Of a stretch of 64,000 nt of DNA, positions 32,823 through 41,813 are shown piece after piece. This DNA comes from Candidatus Bathyarchaeota archaeon. GTDB lineage: Archaea > Thermoproteota > Bathyarchaeia > 40CM-2-53-6. The notes beneath the pieces were generated by a model. It saw only the letters and a list, made by a program, of their open reading frames with translations, searched no databases and was not told the origin of the DNA. Position numbers and translations under genes: made by a program. Numbering within the stretch: position 1 is the first letter of the stretch; each line of letters begins with the position of its first letter. The stretch is from NCBI GenBank assembly GCA_963845275.1, contig CAWJRR010000003.1, positions 77,634 to 141,633 of the forward strand. The letters are read 5' to 3'.

Positions 32823-34061
32823 ATGATGCCGTTACCAAGCTTCCCCCCAAGCATCGTGTCTGAGGAAACAGCTAAGATTGTTACTAGAGGGAGGACAACC
32901 GGTCTCCCTCACATTGTCCGTGTGAGGTTTATTTTACTAAATGGGAAATTTTATACAATTTCTGGAAGCGCTCGAAGCGACTGGGTTCTAAATTCGTTAA
33001 CGCACCACAAAGCGAAGTTCAGAATCGAAGAGTACGTGTGGAATGTTCAAGTAGAAAAGGCTGATTCCAGGGAAAAGAAGAACGTTCTCCAGGCCTTCTC
33101 GAAAAAGTATGGGGAGAGAGTCGTCCGTGACTGGTACATCGACTCACCAGTCTGTCTTTGCTTTGTTCCTAAAGGCAAGTTGAGAAAGAGAGCGGCAGTC
33201 AGAGGCGAGAGCGATGTAGTTACCACGCTCAGCGAATGGCAGGCTAAGAACACCAATTATTACAGAGGCGTCTCGAGTGCCTTTGATTCAGCCGCAGAAG
33301 AATACGATTTCACAATTAGTAATAATTACATCAACACTTGGATTAGGGAAAAATCAATTCGTGAACTCTTGCGATTAACCCGCCCTGAAGACGTTCTTGT
33401 AGAGATCGGTTGCGGTACAGGTGCAGAGGCGATTATGATCGCTAGGAGAGTCTCTCGGATAGTGGCCACAGACATTTCCAGACAGATGCTCAAACTTCTA
33501 ACGATTAAGATTCGTGCCAAGCGACTCGAAGGCAAGATTATACCAGTCTTGGCCAGTGCCGCCGAAGTGTCGAAAGTCAACAAGATCCTAGATGGGCAGA
33601 AGCCTAGGATCGCGTATTCCTTCAACGGAGCTTTGAATTGTGAACCCAGACTCGCGGATTTTGTTCGTGGCCTTTATTCAGTCCTCGCAGATCACGGATA
33701 TTTCGTTTGCACTATCAGGAACTCACTCTGCTTTTCCGAAGCAATGTCACACGCTGCAGTACTTCAGTTTGATCGGATGGCTCCTCGAAGATCTCAACCG
33801 ATCATGGTCTCCGTCGGTGGCATGGATATTCCTTCCGTATACTATTCCCCTTCGACTTTTTCACAATTTTTTTCAGAGAAATTCAAGCTTGAGAAACTGA
33901 TTGGGATACCCTCCATATTGCCTCCCGCGTACCTGAGCGATTACGCCGTCAAATTCAAACGCATAAGTGGCCTTCTCGAAAAGTTCGAGACGGCTTTATC
34001 TGCCCACTTTCCGCTGAACAGACTCGGTGACCAAACACTGTACGTCTTCCGAAAAACCTGA
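32823..34061 (+). CDS. Deazaflavin-nitroreductase-like (DDN/DUF385) domain fused to a class I SAM methyltransferase
   Basis: TRGRTTGLPH...SDWVLN N-terminus; FDSAAEEYD, VEIGCGTG and TDIS..ML motifs. Confidence 0.8.
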   Translation: MMPLPSFPPSIVSEETAKIVTRGRTTGLPHIVRVRFILLNGKFYTISGSARSDWVLNSLTHHKAKFRIEEYVWNVQVEKADSREKKNVLQAFSKKYGERVVRDWYIDSPVCLCFVPKGKLRKRAAVRGESDVVTTLSEWQAKNTNYYRGVSSAFDSAAEEYDFTISNNYINTWIREKSIRELLRLTRPEDVLVEIGCGTGAEAIMIARRVSRIVATDISRQMLKLLTIKIRAKRLEGKIIPVLASAAEVSKVNKILDGQKPRIAYSFNGALNCEPRLADFVRGLYSVLADHGYFVCTIRNSLCFSEAMSHAAVLQFDRMAPRRSQPIMVSVGGMDIPSVYYSPSTFSQFFSEKFKLEKLIGIPSILPPAYLSDYAVKFKRISGLLEKFETALSAHFPLNRLGDQTLYVFRKT

Positions 34062-34100
34062 AAGAAGTAATGTTTGTTAACGCGCAACAGTCAATGAATC

Positions 34101-34177
34101 TGCGGAATGACGTGGATGGACTGACCTGCACCGAGGCCCCTCACGCCAGATGAGGAGATGCATCTCCGCTGACCGCA
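34101..34177 (+). ncRNA. C/D-box guide sRNA
   Basis: Terminal stem TGCGG/CCGCA, C-like ATGACG (34107), D' CCGA (34131), C' ATGAGGA (34150), D CTGA (34169). Confidence 0.7.
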
Positions 34178-34226
34178 AAAATGCTTATACTCAAAGCCGG
34201 GGTCTTGCCGTAGCATTGGTGCCTAG

Positions 34227-34823
34227 ATGTCAGACACGCGAAATTACGTCGCTCCTGGCTGGGACGAGGTCTACGCAATGCTCCTAGACTTGGCGTTAAG
34301 GATTCGCAGGTCTGGGTTCAAAGCAGACCTGATAGTTGGCGTATCGAGAGGAGGATGGGCCCCTGCGAGAATCCTCTCCGATCTGTTGGAAAACACTCGC
34401 ACGGCAAACATCAAGATTGAATTCTACACGGGATTAGAGAAGACAGCGAACAAGCCGATTGTCACGCAACCCATCAGCGACATTATTGCTGGCAAGAACG
34501 CATTGGTGGTTGATGACGTGTCAGACTCGGGCGAAAGTTTGAAGGTCGCATTGGAACACCTTCTGAAAATGGGAGCAGCCTCTGTCAAGACGGTCACAAT
34601 CTACTACAAGCCACGCAGTATCTTCAAGCCCGACTACTTTGCAAACTTAACAAAGGATTGGATCATCTTCCCTTGGGAACGTTTGGAGGCAACTAGACTT
34701 CTATTAGATGAAGCAAAAGCGGCGGGGCGGGACCTTCAATCGGTTCGTGACACTCTCAGAAAATGCAATTTCAGTGATGAGACTATCGACAGCCTATTTC
34801 AGCTCGCAAATGGCGAATCATAA
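34227..34823 (+). CDS. Type I (purine-like) phosphoribosyltransferase
   Basis: VSRGGW.PAR, LVVDDVSDSGESL and WIIFPWE motifs. Confidence 0.9.
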   Translation: MSDTRNYVAPGWDEVYAMLLDLALRIRRSGFKADLIVGVSRGGWAPARILSDLLENTRTANIKIEFYTGLEKTANKPIVTQPISDIIAGKNALVVDDVSDSGESLKVALEHLLKMGAASVKTVTIYYKPRSIFKPDYFANLTKDWIIFPWERLEATRLLLDEAKAAGRDLQSVRDTLRKCNFSDETIDSLFQLANGES

Positions 34824-35378
34824 TTGCTCTTCGAGCTGCTCGACAGAAAAATCTGGATTTCAGCATACCAGGGATCAGTAGATCCCACGCAACTCACGAG
34901 GGTTCAAACTCAGTTTCCGAGTGTTACCGTTCAACTATTCGATCTGGATAGGACTGCCGGATCACGTCACATGTTGTTGGCCACTTTCAATGCATTGAAA
35001 TCGTATGAATCTAAACGCCGCATTTCTCGATCTTTGGGAATGGAAGTACTCCTCTTCATCTCGGGAACGCGACAGATATCTGAAGCAATCAAACGGGTAG
35101 GGATTACTTCCAAAACAACTCGGACAGCCGTATTGAGTGTACTACCCGCGGCATCTGACCAATTGAAGGTATCAGACTCTCTCGCAGAGGTCTTCAGACA
35201 GAAGGATGATGATTCTCTCTTGGACAAGTGGACGAGTCTACGTAAGTCTAGGGTACTGAGAACGTTCGGAATTGGCGATAAAGAACTGAAAGCCGCATTG
35301 CGAGATGGTGAAACTATTGAGAAAGCTATCGAAAGACTCGCTATCGAAAGATCAGCTATGCTCGCCATTGCGAAGTGA
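34824..35378 (+). CDS. cgi121: KEOPS complex subunit Cgi121
   Basis: ISRSLGMEVLLFISGTRQISEAIKRVG motif; C-terminal IERSAML. Confidence 0.88.
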   Translation: MLFELLDRKIWISAYQGSVDPTQLTRVQTQFPSVTVQLFDLDRTAGSRHMLLATFNALKSYESKRRISRSLGMEVLLFISGTRQISEAIKRVGITSKTTRTAVLSVLPAASDQLKVSDSLAEVFRQKDDDSLLDKWTSLRKSRVLRTFGIGDKELKAALRDGETIEKAIERLAIERSAMLAIAK

Positions 35379-35379
35379 T

Positions 35380-35907
35380 CTACTGAATTCTTTTCTCTTT
35401 TTCGACTGACAGTATCTCATTTGGCGTAATGACTGCTAGACCCGCCAACTCGCCTATGATCTCGATCATCAAGATCTTGTCCGGAGTCTCGAGGCTTACA
35501 ACTCGATCGATTTTTTTCGCAACTGCATCAATGATGGATTTACTCGACAGAATTGTGTGACGCTTCTCAACGGTAACTCTGAACTTTTCCTTCTCAGCAA
35601 TTTCATTCGCAATAGTGACTGCTCCATTTTCAATCTCAGGAAGCTGTGCGGGCACAACACGCTGGATAGGAACAACCTTTAGCGTGTACTTGAACTCCCA
35701 AGGTCTTTCTCGGTAGAGCTCACGCAAACCTTGCACTGCTTTGATAGGGTCCAGCTTTGTTTTGGCCACTACGAGTCCGATTACGGAGGTGGTCTCGATA
35801 CTGGAACCACGATCTCCAACCTCGCCGAGAAGATACCACATCTCGCTGCAAGTGTTCTTCTCATTCCCTCTACTCGTAGAGACGACCAGGTTAAATTCCG
35901 TTAGCAC
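35380..35907 (-). CDS. THUMP-domain RNA-binding protein
   Basis: FRVTVEKRH...VSLETPDKILMIEIIG motif. Confidence 0.85.
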   Translation of the reverse strand: MLTEFNLVVSTSRGNEKNTCSEMWYLLGEVGDRGSSIETTSVIGLVVAKTKLDPIKAVQGLRELYRERPWEFKYTLKVVPIQRVVPAQLPEIENGAVTIANEIAEKEKFRVTVEKRHTILSSKSIIDAVAKKIDRVVSLETPDKILMIEIIGELAGLAVITPNEILSVEKEKRIQ

Positions 35908-35958
35908 ATGAAACGCTCCCGTTTGTTTCCTCTTTGATGGCCATTTAATAGTGCTATC

Positions 35959-36573
35959 TTACCTGCCGTTTCTGAGGCAGTTTAGAAGTGCCTCTCTCGA
36001 AATAGGTCCTTCGCGGATGACGTTGAAGTTGCTGCTGAGGTCGACAACAGTTGAAGAGACGCCCAGTGGAGCTCTGCCTCCATCGACCACTATGTCAATT
36101 TTATCTCCTAACCCGGTGACGACTTCCTCCGCCGTGGTAGCGGGTGCTTTTCCAGTCAGGTTTGCGCTCGTTCCTACGAGGTATCCTGAGCACAAACCTA
36201 TGAGATTGAGACACGTGGCATGTTTAGGAGAACGAACACCAATAGTCCCTGATGGAGCAACCTCTTCGGGCACTATTGCTTTTGCCTTCAGAACAATCGT
36301 TAAAGGTCCTGGCCAGAACCGATTAGCTAGTCTAGCAGCCTTCTCTTGGAACTCAGCGATTCGCAGACAATCCTGAAATGTCTTCACCAACACTGGCAGA
36401 GGCTTCTTACGATAACCTTTCACCTCCATCACGCGCTCTAACGCACGCTGAGAAAATGGATCACAACCTAGACCATACACCGTGTCAGTCGGATAACTGA
36501 CAATTCCGCCTTCTGCGATGAGCTTAGCTGCGAGGACGAGCCCATCCATATCGGCCTTCACCACACGAACCAC
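35959..36573 (-). CDS. sua5: Threonylcarbamoyl-AMP synthase (Sua5/YrdC/TsaC)
   Basis: YPTDTVYGLG, K.R..KPL, FWPGPLT, TSANLTG and SSTVVD motifs. Start GTG 36573; the longer ORF call overlaps the next gene. Confidence 0.92.
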   Translation of the reverse strand: MVRVVKADMDGLVLAAKLIAEGGIVSYPTDTVYGLGCDPFSQRALERVMEVKGYRKKPLPVLVKTFQDCLRIAEFQEKAARLANRFWPGPLTIVLKAKAIVPEEVAPSGTIGVRSPKHATCLNLIGLCSGYLVGTSANLTGKAPATTAEEVVTGLGDKIDIVVDGGRAPLGVSSTVVDLSSNFNVIREGPISREALLNCLRNGR

Positions 36574-36637
36574 AATATCGCCAGCGCACAGACCAGTTGA
36601 CTCCAAACTGCTTAAAGACCAGTCGGTATTCGGAGCA

Positions 36638-37597
36638 ATGGACAGGAGAGGAAACTTGACCGCGGTAATTGTCGTACACGGCGGCGCAGGATTCTGGCGT
36701 CGAGATCTCCGGCGCGGGTTAAATGGAGTTATGACAGCAGCGAGATCAGGTTCATCTTGTCTCAAGAAGGATGGAACAGCTCTAGACGCAGTGGAATCTG
36801 CGATAGTGAAGATGGAAGATAACGAAATATTCAACGCGGGACGCGGCTCCTCACTCACATTGCAGGGAACTGTGGAAATGGACGCTGCGATCATGGATGG
36901 CATTGACCTTTCCGCCGGCGCAGTAGCTTTGGTCCGCGACGTGAAGAACCCCATTCGACTAGCCCGCCTCGTCATGGAAAGAACTGAACACGTCTTGATC
37001 GCAGGGGAATCTGCAGAGCAACTTGCGAAAGCGTTTTCGCTTCCAAAATGCAATCCAATAACAACCAGACGCAGGAGAATGTACTTGAAGCTGAAGACCG
37101 AATCAGAGGCTCAACCCACAAAGAACACGCTCCTACTTCGCGACCACCCAGAAATACTGACAGATACCGTAGGCGCAGTCGCGTTAGATCAAAACGGCAA
37201 TTTCGCCGCAGCCGCCTCAACCGGTGGAATCACCTTGAAGATTCCGGGAAGGATAGGAGACACCCCCCAAATTGGATCTGGACTCTACGCCGACAACAGA
37301 GCTGGCGCAGCAACCGCAACCGGCCTCGGAGAAGTGGCAATAAAGCTGGTCCTGTCGAAGGCAGTATGCACAATGATGGAACAAGGAATCTCAGCCCCGA
37401 ACGCCAGTGTCACCGCAATAGAGTCCGCAACGAAACTGCTGCACGGTCAAGCAGGCGTCATTTCCATAGATAAGCGAGGAAGGATAGGGGCCGTGCACAA
37501 TAGTGAGTTCATGCCTTGGGCCTACTGCACCACCAAGATGAGGTCGCCCAAGGGCTACATGACAGGCAAGATCCTCAATTCGCCGAGTCTCAAGTAA
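36638..37597 (+). CDS. Isoaspartyl peptidase / L-asparaginase (Ntn hydrolase)
   Basis: VHGGAG, FNAGRGS, DTVGAVA, STGG and GRIGDTP motifs. Start is ATG 36638 or TTG 36656. Confidence 0.93.
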   Translation: MDRRGNLTAVIVVHGGAGFWRRDLRRGLNGVMTAARSGSSCLKKDGTALDAVESAIVKMEDNEIFNAGRGSSLTLQGTVEMDAAIMDGIDLSAGAVALVRDVKNPIRLARLVMERTEHVLIAGESAEQLAKAFSLPKCNPITTRRRRMYLKLKTESEAQPTKNTLLLRDHPEILTDTVGAVALDQNGNFAAAASTGGITLKIPGRIGDTPQIGSGLYADNRAGAATATGLGEVAIKLVLSKAVCTMMEQGISAPNASVTAIESATKLLHGQAGVISIDKRGRIGAVHNSEFMPWAYCTTKMRSPKGYMTGKILNSPSLK

Positions 37598-37684
37598 CGG
37601 CGAAGATACCTTAGAATCAGCCAAAAGACTTAAAATTCCACACCAACGGGGTTACCCTAGCCTTTGGCTCCAGAGATTTTTCTA

Positions 37685-37786
37685 ATGAGTGAAGATGATG
37701 ACAGCTGGGATGACGGTCAAGAGGATGATTGGACCGACGACGAATGGGGCGAGGATGAGGGCTGGGGAGAAGACGAAGATTGGTGA
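37685..37786 (+). CDS. 33-aa hyper-acidic Trp-rich microprotein
   Basis: MSEDDDSWDDGQEDDWTDDEWGEDEGWGEDEDW; TATA-like TTAAAAT at ~37630. Below the ORF track size cutoff. Confidence 0.6.
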   Translation: MSEDDDSWDDGQEDDWTDDEWGEDEGWGEDEDW

Positions 37787-37863
37787 CTGGAAAGAACAGC
37801 CCAAGGAACGCCAACTTTTAGATTGATCAAAAACTCGTCTTCGATAAGGGGAGATTCTGAATA

Positions 37864-39639
37864 ATGTTACGAGTAGCCACACTTGACAAGGAACATTGCA
37901 AGCCGGACGATTGCGGCATACCCTGCTACCGATTTTGCCCAGAGGTATTGAACCGAAGGTACGCCATCAGGTTCGTGGAGGGAGAAAAGAAACCGATCAT
38001 CGACGAAGATCTCTGTACCGGGTGTGGGATATGCATCAAGAAGTGTCCGTTTGACGCGATAAGCATCGTGAAGCTCCCTCAAGAACTTGATGGGGAATGC
38101 ATCCACTCCTTTGGTGTCAACGAGTTCAAGCTGTTTAGGCTACCCATTCCGCGGACCGGAATCGTCACGGGCCTCATAGGAAGAAACGGCACTGGGAAGA
38201 GCACAGCTCTACAGATACTATCCGGCGAACTCAAACCAAACTTCGGTACCCCGGAAATCCTACGCGATTGGGAGTTTGTAATCACACGATACCGTGGAAC
38301 ATTACTTCATGACTATTTCGGTAAAATCGCAGAAAAACAACTCAAAGTAGTTCGCAAGCCACAACACATCGATAAGATCAGCTCATTGCCCAAAGGCACT
38401 GTCCGTCAACTTCTCCGTAAAATCGATGAACGGTCGAAACTGGACGAACTCGTCCACGATCTAGAACTTGATGAATTGCTCGACCGTAACCCGAAAGTGC
38501 TGAGCGGGGGAGAGCTCCAACGCGTCGCGATCGCAGCTGCAATTAGCAGAAACGCAGACGTATACATGTTCGACGAACCATCAAGTCATTTGGACGTTTA
38601 CCAACGCATCAAAGCTGCACGAAGCATTCGGAAGCTCGTCGAAGACAATAAGGCAGTTCTAGTTGCTGAGCACGATCTGGCAATGCTCGATTACTTATCG
38701 GATGAAGTGTACTTGGTGTACGGACAGCCCAGCACCTATGGAGTCGTCTCCCATGTGCATCCTACAAGAGGCGGCATCAACGAGTACCTCGATGGCTACC
38801 TCCCCGACGAGAACATGCGGTTCAGGGACGACCCGATCCGCTTTCACATAAGACCACCACGCGAAATTAAGTATGCACCAGACATCAAACTGGAATGGCC
38901 CGACACTCTCAAAACCTTGGGAAGTTTCAAACTCAAAGTGGAGTCGGGAAGCATCAACGCCGGAGAGATCATCGGCATAGTCGGAGCAAATGGTATTGGT
39001 AAGACCACATTCATCAAAGAACTTGTCGATTACTACACGAATACATCTAAAAATCAACTTCAAGTAAGTTACAAACCCCAGTACATTTCGTCCGAGTACG
39101 AAGGTACGGTAGATGAACTCTTGACAGCGGTAGCCAATGATACTTCGTCCATGTTCGCGGAGGAAGTTATGCGTAACCTGACAGTTAACAAGCTGAAGGA
39201 CAGAAAGGTAACCGCACTAAGCGGCGGCGAACTCCAAAGAGTCGCGATAGCCGCGTGCCTGGGGAAGACAGCACAAGTTTACTTGCTGGATGAACCAAGC
39301 GCCTTCCTAGACGTTGAAGAAAGACTAACCGTCGCGAAAGCATTAAGACACATTATTGATTCAAGGCAAGCTTTCGCGTTTGTCGTGGAACATGATATTG
39401 TTGCACAGGACTTTCTCGCCGACCGCATTATGGTCTTCAGAGGACGCCCGGGAAGAGAGGGTTCGGCTTCGGACCCCCAGACTCTCCGTGAAGCCATGAA
39501 CACGTTCCTCGCAGACATGGAAATCACATTCAGACGTGACCCTGAAACCAAGCGTCCGAGAATTAACAAGCAAGAGAGCAAGTTGGACAAAGAACAGAAA
39601 GACGCCGGAGAGTTCTACTATGTTTCTGCTTCAGAATAG
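37864..39639 (+). CDS. rli1: Ribosome recycling ATPase ABCE1/Rli1
   Basis: N-terminal 2x4Fe-4S domain, two ABC domains with LSGGELQR, C-terminal FRRD...RPRINK. Confidence 0.98.
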   Translation: MLRVATLDKEHCKPDDCGIPCYRFCPEVLNRRYAIRFVEGEKKPIIDEDLCTGCGICIKKCPFDAISIVKLPQELDGECIHSFGVNEFKLFRLPIPRTGIVTGLIGRNGTGKSTALQILSGELKPNFGTPEILRDWEFVITRYRGTLLHDYFGKIAEKQLKVVRKPQHIDKISSLPKGTVRQLLRKIDERSKLDELVHDLELDELLDRNPKVLSGGELQRVAIAAAISRNADVYMFDEPSSHLDVYQRIKAARSIRKLVEDNKAVLVAEHDLAMLDYLSDEVYLVYGQPSTYGVVSHVHPTRGGINEYLDGYLPDENMRFRDDPIRFHIRPPREIKYAPDIKLEWPDTLKTLGSFKLKVESGSINAGEIIGIVGANGIGKTTFIKELVDYYTNTSKNQLQVSYKPQYISSEYEGTVDELLTAVANDTSSMFAEEVMRNLTVNKLKDRKVTALSGGELQRVAIAACLGKTAQVYLLDEPSAFLDVEERLTVAKALRHIIDSRQAFAFVVEHDIVAQDFLADRIMVFRGRPGREGSASDPQTLREAMNTFLADMEITFRRDPETKRPRINKQESKLDKEQKDAGEFYYVSASE

Positions 39640-39694
39640 CCGACTACAGGTTTAACTAGCGCGATTCAGCCTTAGGTTTCGCGGAGAAAATCAC

Positions 39695-39907
39695 GTGACG
39701 ACGAACTATTGCCTGGAATGCGGCGGAGTACTATCCTACGATACATCACTCAAACTCTACACATGTCGAAGTTGCGGGCTCACCGTAAATTCCCAGCAGC
39801 TAATGGAAGGAAGAAATAAGATACGTGACCGCGAATCACCAGAAGAACAACATAGACGCAAACAGAACGAATACTTGAAATGGTGGCTCTCCAAAAAAGA
39901 GGCCTAA
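39695..39907 (+). CDS. Small zinc-ribbon protein
   Basis: CLECGG...CRSCG, ending EYLKWWLSKK. Confidence 0.75.
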   Translation: MTTNYCLECGGVLSYDTSLKLYTCRSCGLTVNSQQLMEGRNKIRDRESPEEQHRRKQNEYLKWWLSKKEA

Positions 39908-39920
39908 GTCCCGTTCGATC

Positions 39921-40733
39921 TTGTCAAAAGAAAAGAACTGCAAAATCGAGATTATTTCGATCGGCAATGAACTCCTCCTAGGCAACACCGTCAACACGAA
40001 CGCGTCCTGGATTGCAACGAGAGCCACAAGCGAAGGCGCTCTCGTAACTCGAATCACCACGATCGGTGATCGACTCGTCGAAATTACGAAAGCAATTCGA
40101 GAATCACTCAGACGAAGACCAAATTACATTATCACAACTGGCGGAATTGGACCCACCTTTGACGATATGACAATCAAGGCAGTCGCTAAAGCAGTTAGCC
40201 GCAAATTAGAAGTCAACCCAACCGCACTAGCAATGATCAAGCAACATTACTCAAACAGGTTTTCGGGGCCAGTGAAAATTACAAAGCCTCGACTCAAGAT
40301 GGCCATTCTACCCGTAAATGGAATTCCCATAGCCAACCCAGTAGGAACCGCCCCAGGGGTTCTAGTCAAAACAAAACAGACTTCAATATTCTGTCTCCCC
40401 GGCGTGCCCCCCGAGGCGCGTGCAATCTTCAGAAAAACCATCGCCGCTCAGATCCGACTCGGAACCGGGAGCAGGTACGTCGAGCGATGGCTCAGAGTTT
40501 TAGGAGTCATGGAATCGACACTCGCGCCTTTGATTGATCAAGCCATGAAACGTTGGCCGGACGTATACATCAAATCACATCCCCGAGGATTCGAAGGAGA
40601 ACGGACTCCACACGTCGATCTTCACTTTTCGAAATTCTCATCGAGCTCCAAACAAACTGGGAAAGAAGTTGAAGCTGCGGTTGATTTCATGACGAAGAAA
40701 CTGCGCGGCTTAAATGCGAGAATTAGCATGTGA
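39921..40733 (+). CDS. CinA-like molybdopterin-binding-domain protein
   Basis: IGNELLLG..VNTNA, TGGIGPTFDDMT, NPVGTAPG and LPGVPPE motifs. Confidence 0.88.
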   Translation: MSKEKNCKIEIISIGNELLLGNTVNTNASWIATRATSEGALVTRITTIGDRLVEITKAIRESLRRRPNYIITTGGIGPTFDDMTIKAVAKAVSRKLEVNPTALAMIKQHYSNRFSGPVKITKPRLKMAILPVNGIPIANPVGTAPGVLVKTKQTSIFCLPGVPPEARAIFRKTIAAQIRLGTGSRYVERWLRVLGVMESTLAPLIDQAMKRWPDVYIKSHPRGFEGERTPHVDLHFSKFSSSSKQTGKEVEAAVDFMTKKLRGLNARISM

Positions 40734-40745
40734 CCTAAGAATAGA

Positions 40746-41510
40746 ATGTCGCATATTGTCTTCATGGTCGGCATGGCTGGAACGGGTAAATCTGCCCTAA
40801 CTGGCGCGTACGTTGATTGGCTTAGATCCCAAGATCAAGATGTTCTATCATTAAACCTTGATCCAGGCGCAACGAGTTTACCATACAACCCAGACATTGA
40901 CGCAAGAAACTACGTCGATATCCAGCAACTCATGGTGGATTACAGCCTTGGACCCAATGGCGCACTAATAATGGCCTCTGACCTCATCGCAGATCACCTA
41001 GAAGAGATGCGAAAAGAGATAGATGAGGCAAATCCGGATATGATAGTTGCAGACACGCCAGGCCAGATTGAATTATTCGCCTTCCGGGAAGGAGGCCGAT
41101 TCATCGCCAGCAATCTTCCTGACGATAACTGCGCACTCATATACCTCATGGATTCCCCATTCACTCGATCGCCACTCAACTTCATTTCAAACCTCTATCT
41201 TGCCGTTGCAATATATAGCCGAGTATTGAAGCCACAGATCTACACACTCTCAAAGAGCGACCTTGTCTCAGACCAAGAGTTAGATTCCATAGTAACATGG
41301 GCTACTGAACCGGAGACGTTCAACCAAGCTCTACTCTCAGTCGAGCAGAAGGACATGTCCCTAATCACAAGGAGCCTCGCCGACGCAGTCTTTAGCACCG
41401 GACTGGTAACCGAGCCTATTCCAGTCTCGGCTAAAACCAATCTGGGACTTTTGGAAATGCATGCGGCTGTCACACGCATAATATCAGCCGGCCAGGAGCC
41501 AACCTCTTGA
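40746..41510 (+). CDS. GPN-loop GTPase
   Basis: GMAGTGKS, NLDPG, LGPNGAL and DTPGQIELF motifs. Confidence 0.93.
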   Translation: MSHIVFMVGMAGTGKSALTGAYVDWLRSQDQDVLSLNLDPGATSLPYNPDIDARNYVDIQQLMVDYSLGPNGALIMASDLIADHLEEMRKEIDEANPDMIVADTPGQIELFAFREGGRFIASNLPDDNCALIYLMDSPFTRSPLNFISNLYLAVAIYSRVLKPQIYTLSKSDLVSDQELDSIVTWATEPETFNQALLSVEQKDMSLITRSLADAVFSTGLVTEPIPVSAKTNLGLLEMHAAVTRIISAGQEPTS

Positions 41511-41813
41511 ACGTGCAATACATGCGCAAGGCATTAATTAGGGTCCGCGTAAACTCTGCTCAATCTCAAAACGCGGATCAGCTTTGATCACCACTAAGCT
41601 TCCACTTATTGGCTTGCTCTCGGAGAATGCGCTGAACCAATTACAATTACCTCTCCAAGAGCAAGGTACCCTTAGTCCGTCGAGGGGCATCCTACCCTGC
41701 AAGATTGACCTAGGAACATTATGCTCAGGTCAATTAATCACTGGCAAGATTGGCGCGTGTGCCACTGATACAAGCAAGAGTTTGGGTAAGAAAGGCGAGA
41801 GACTGTAGAGAGT

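Noticed and set aside
36574..37053. Long N-terminal extension on Sua5 (364-aa ORF call)
   Set aside because: The extension is antisense to the asparaginase gene; the real start is near 36573.
37617..37882. Minus-strand hydrophobic ORFs that look like membrane peptides
   Set aside because: Expected mirror of GAY/GAR codons on the plus strand, and one overlaps the rli1 start. The plus-strand acidic ORF fits gene orientation and promoter better, though this is not proven.
41520..41813. RNase P RNA or SRP RNA
   Set aside because: No GAGGAAAGUCC/P4 motif or SRP helix-8 motif on either strand.
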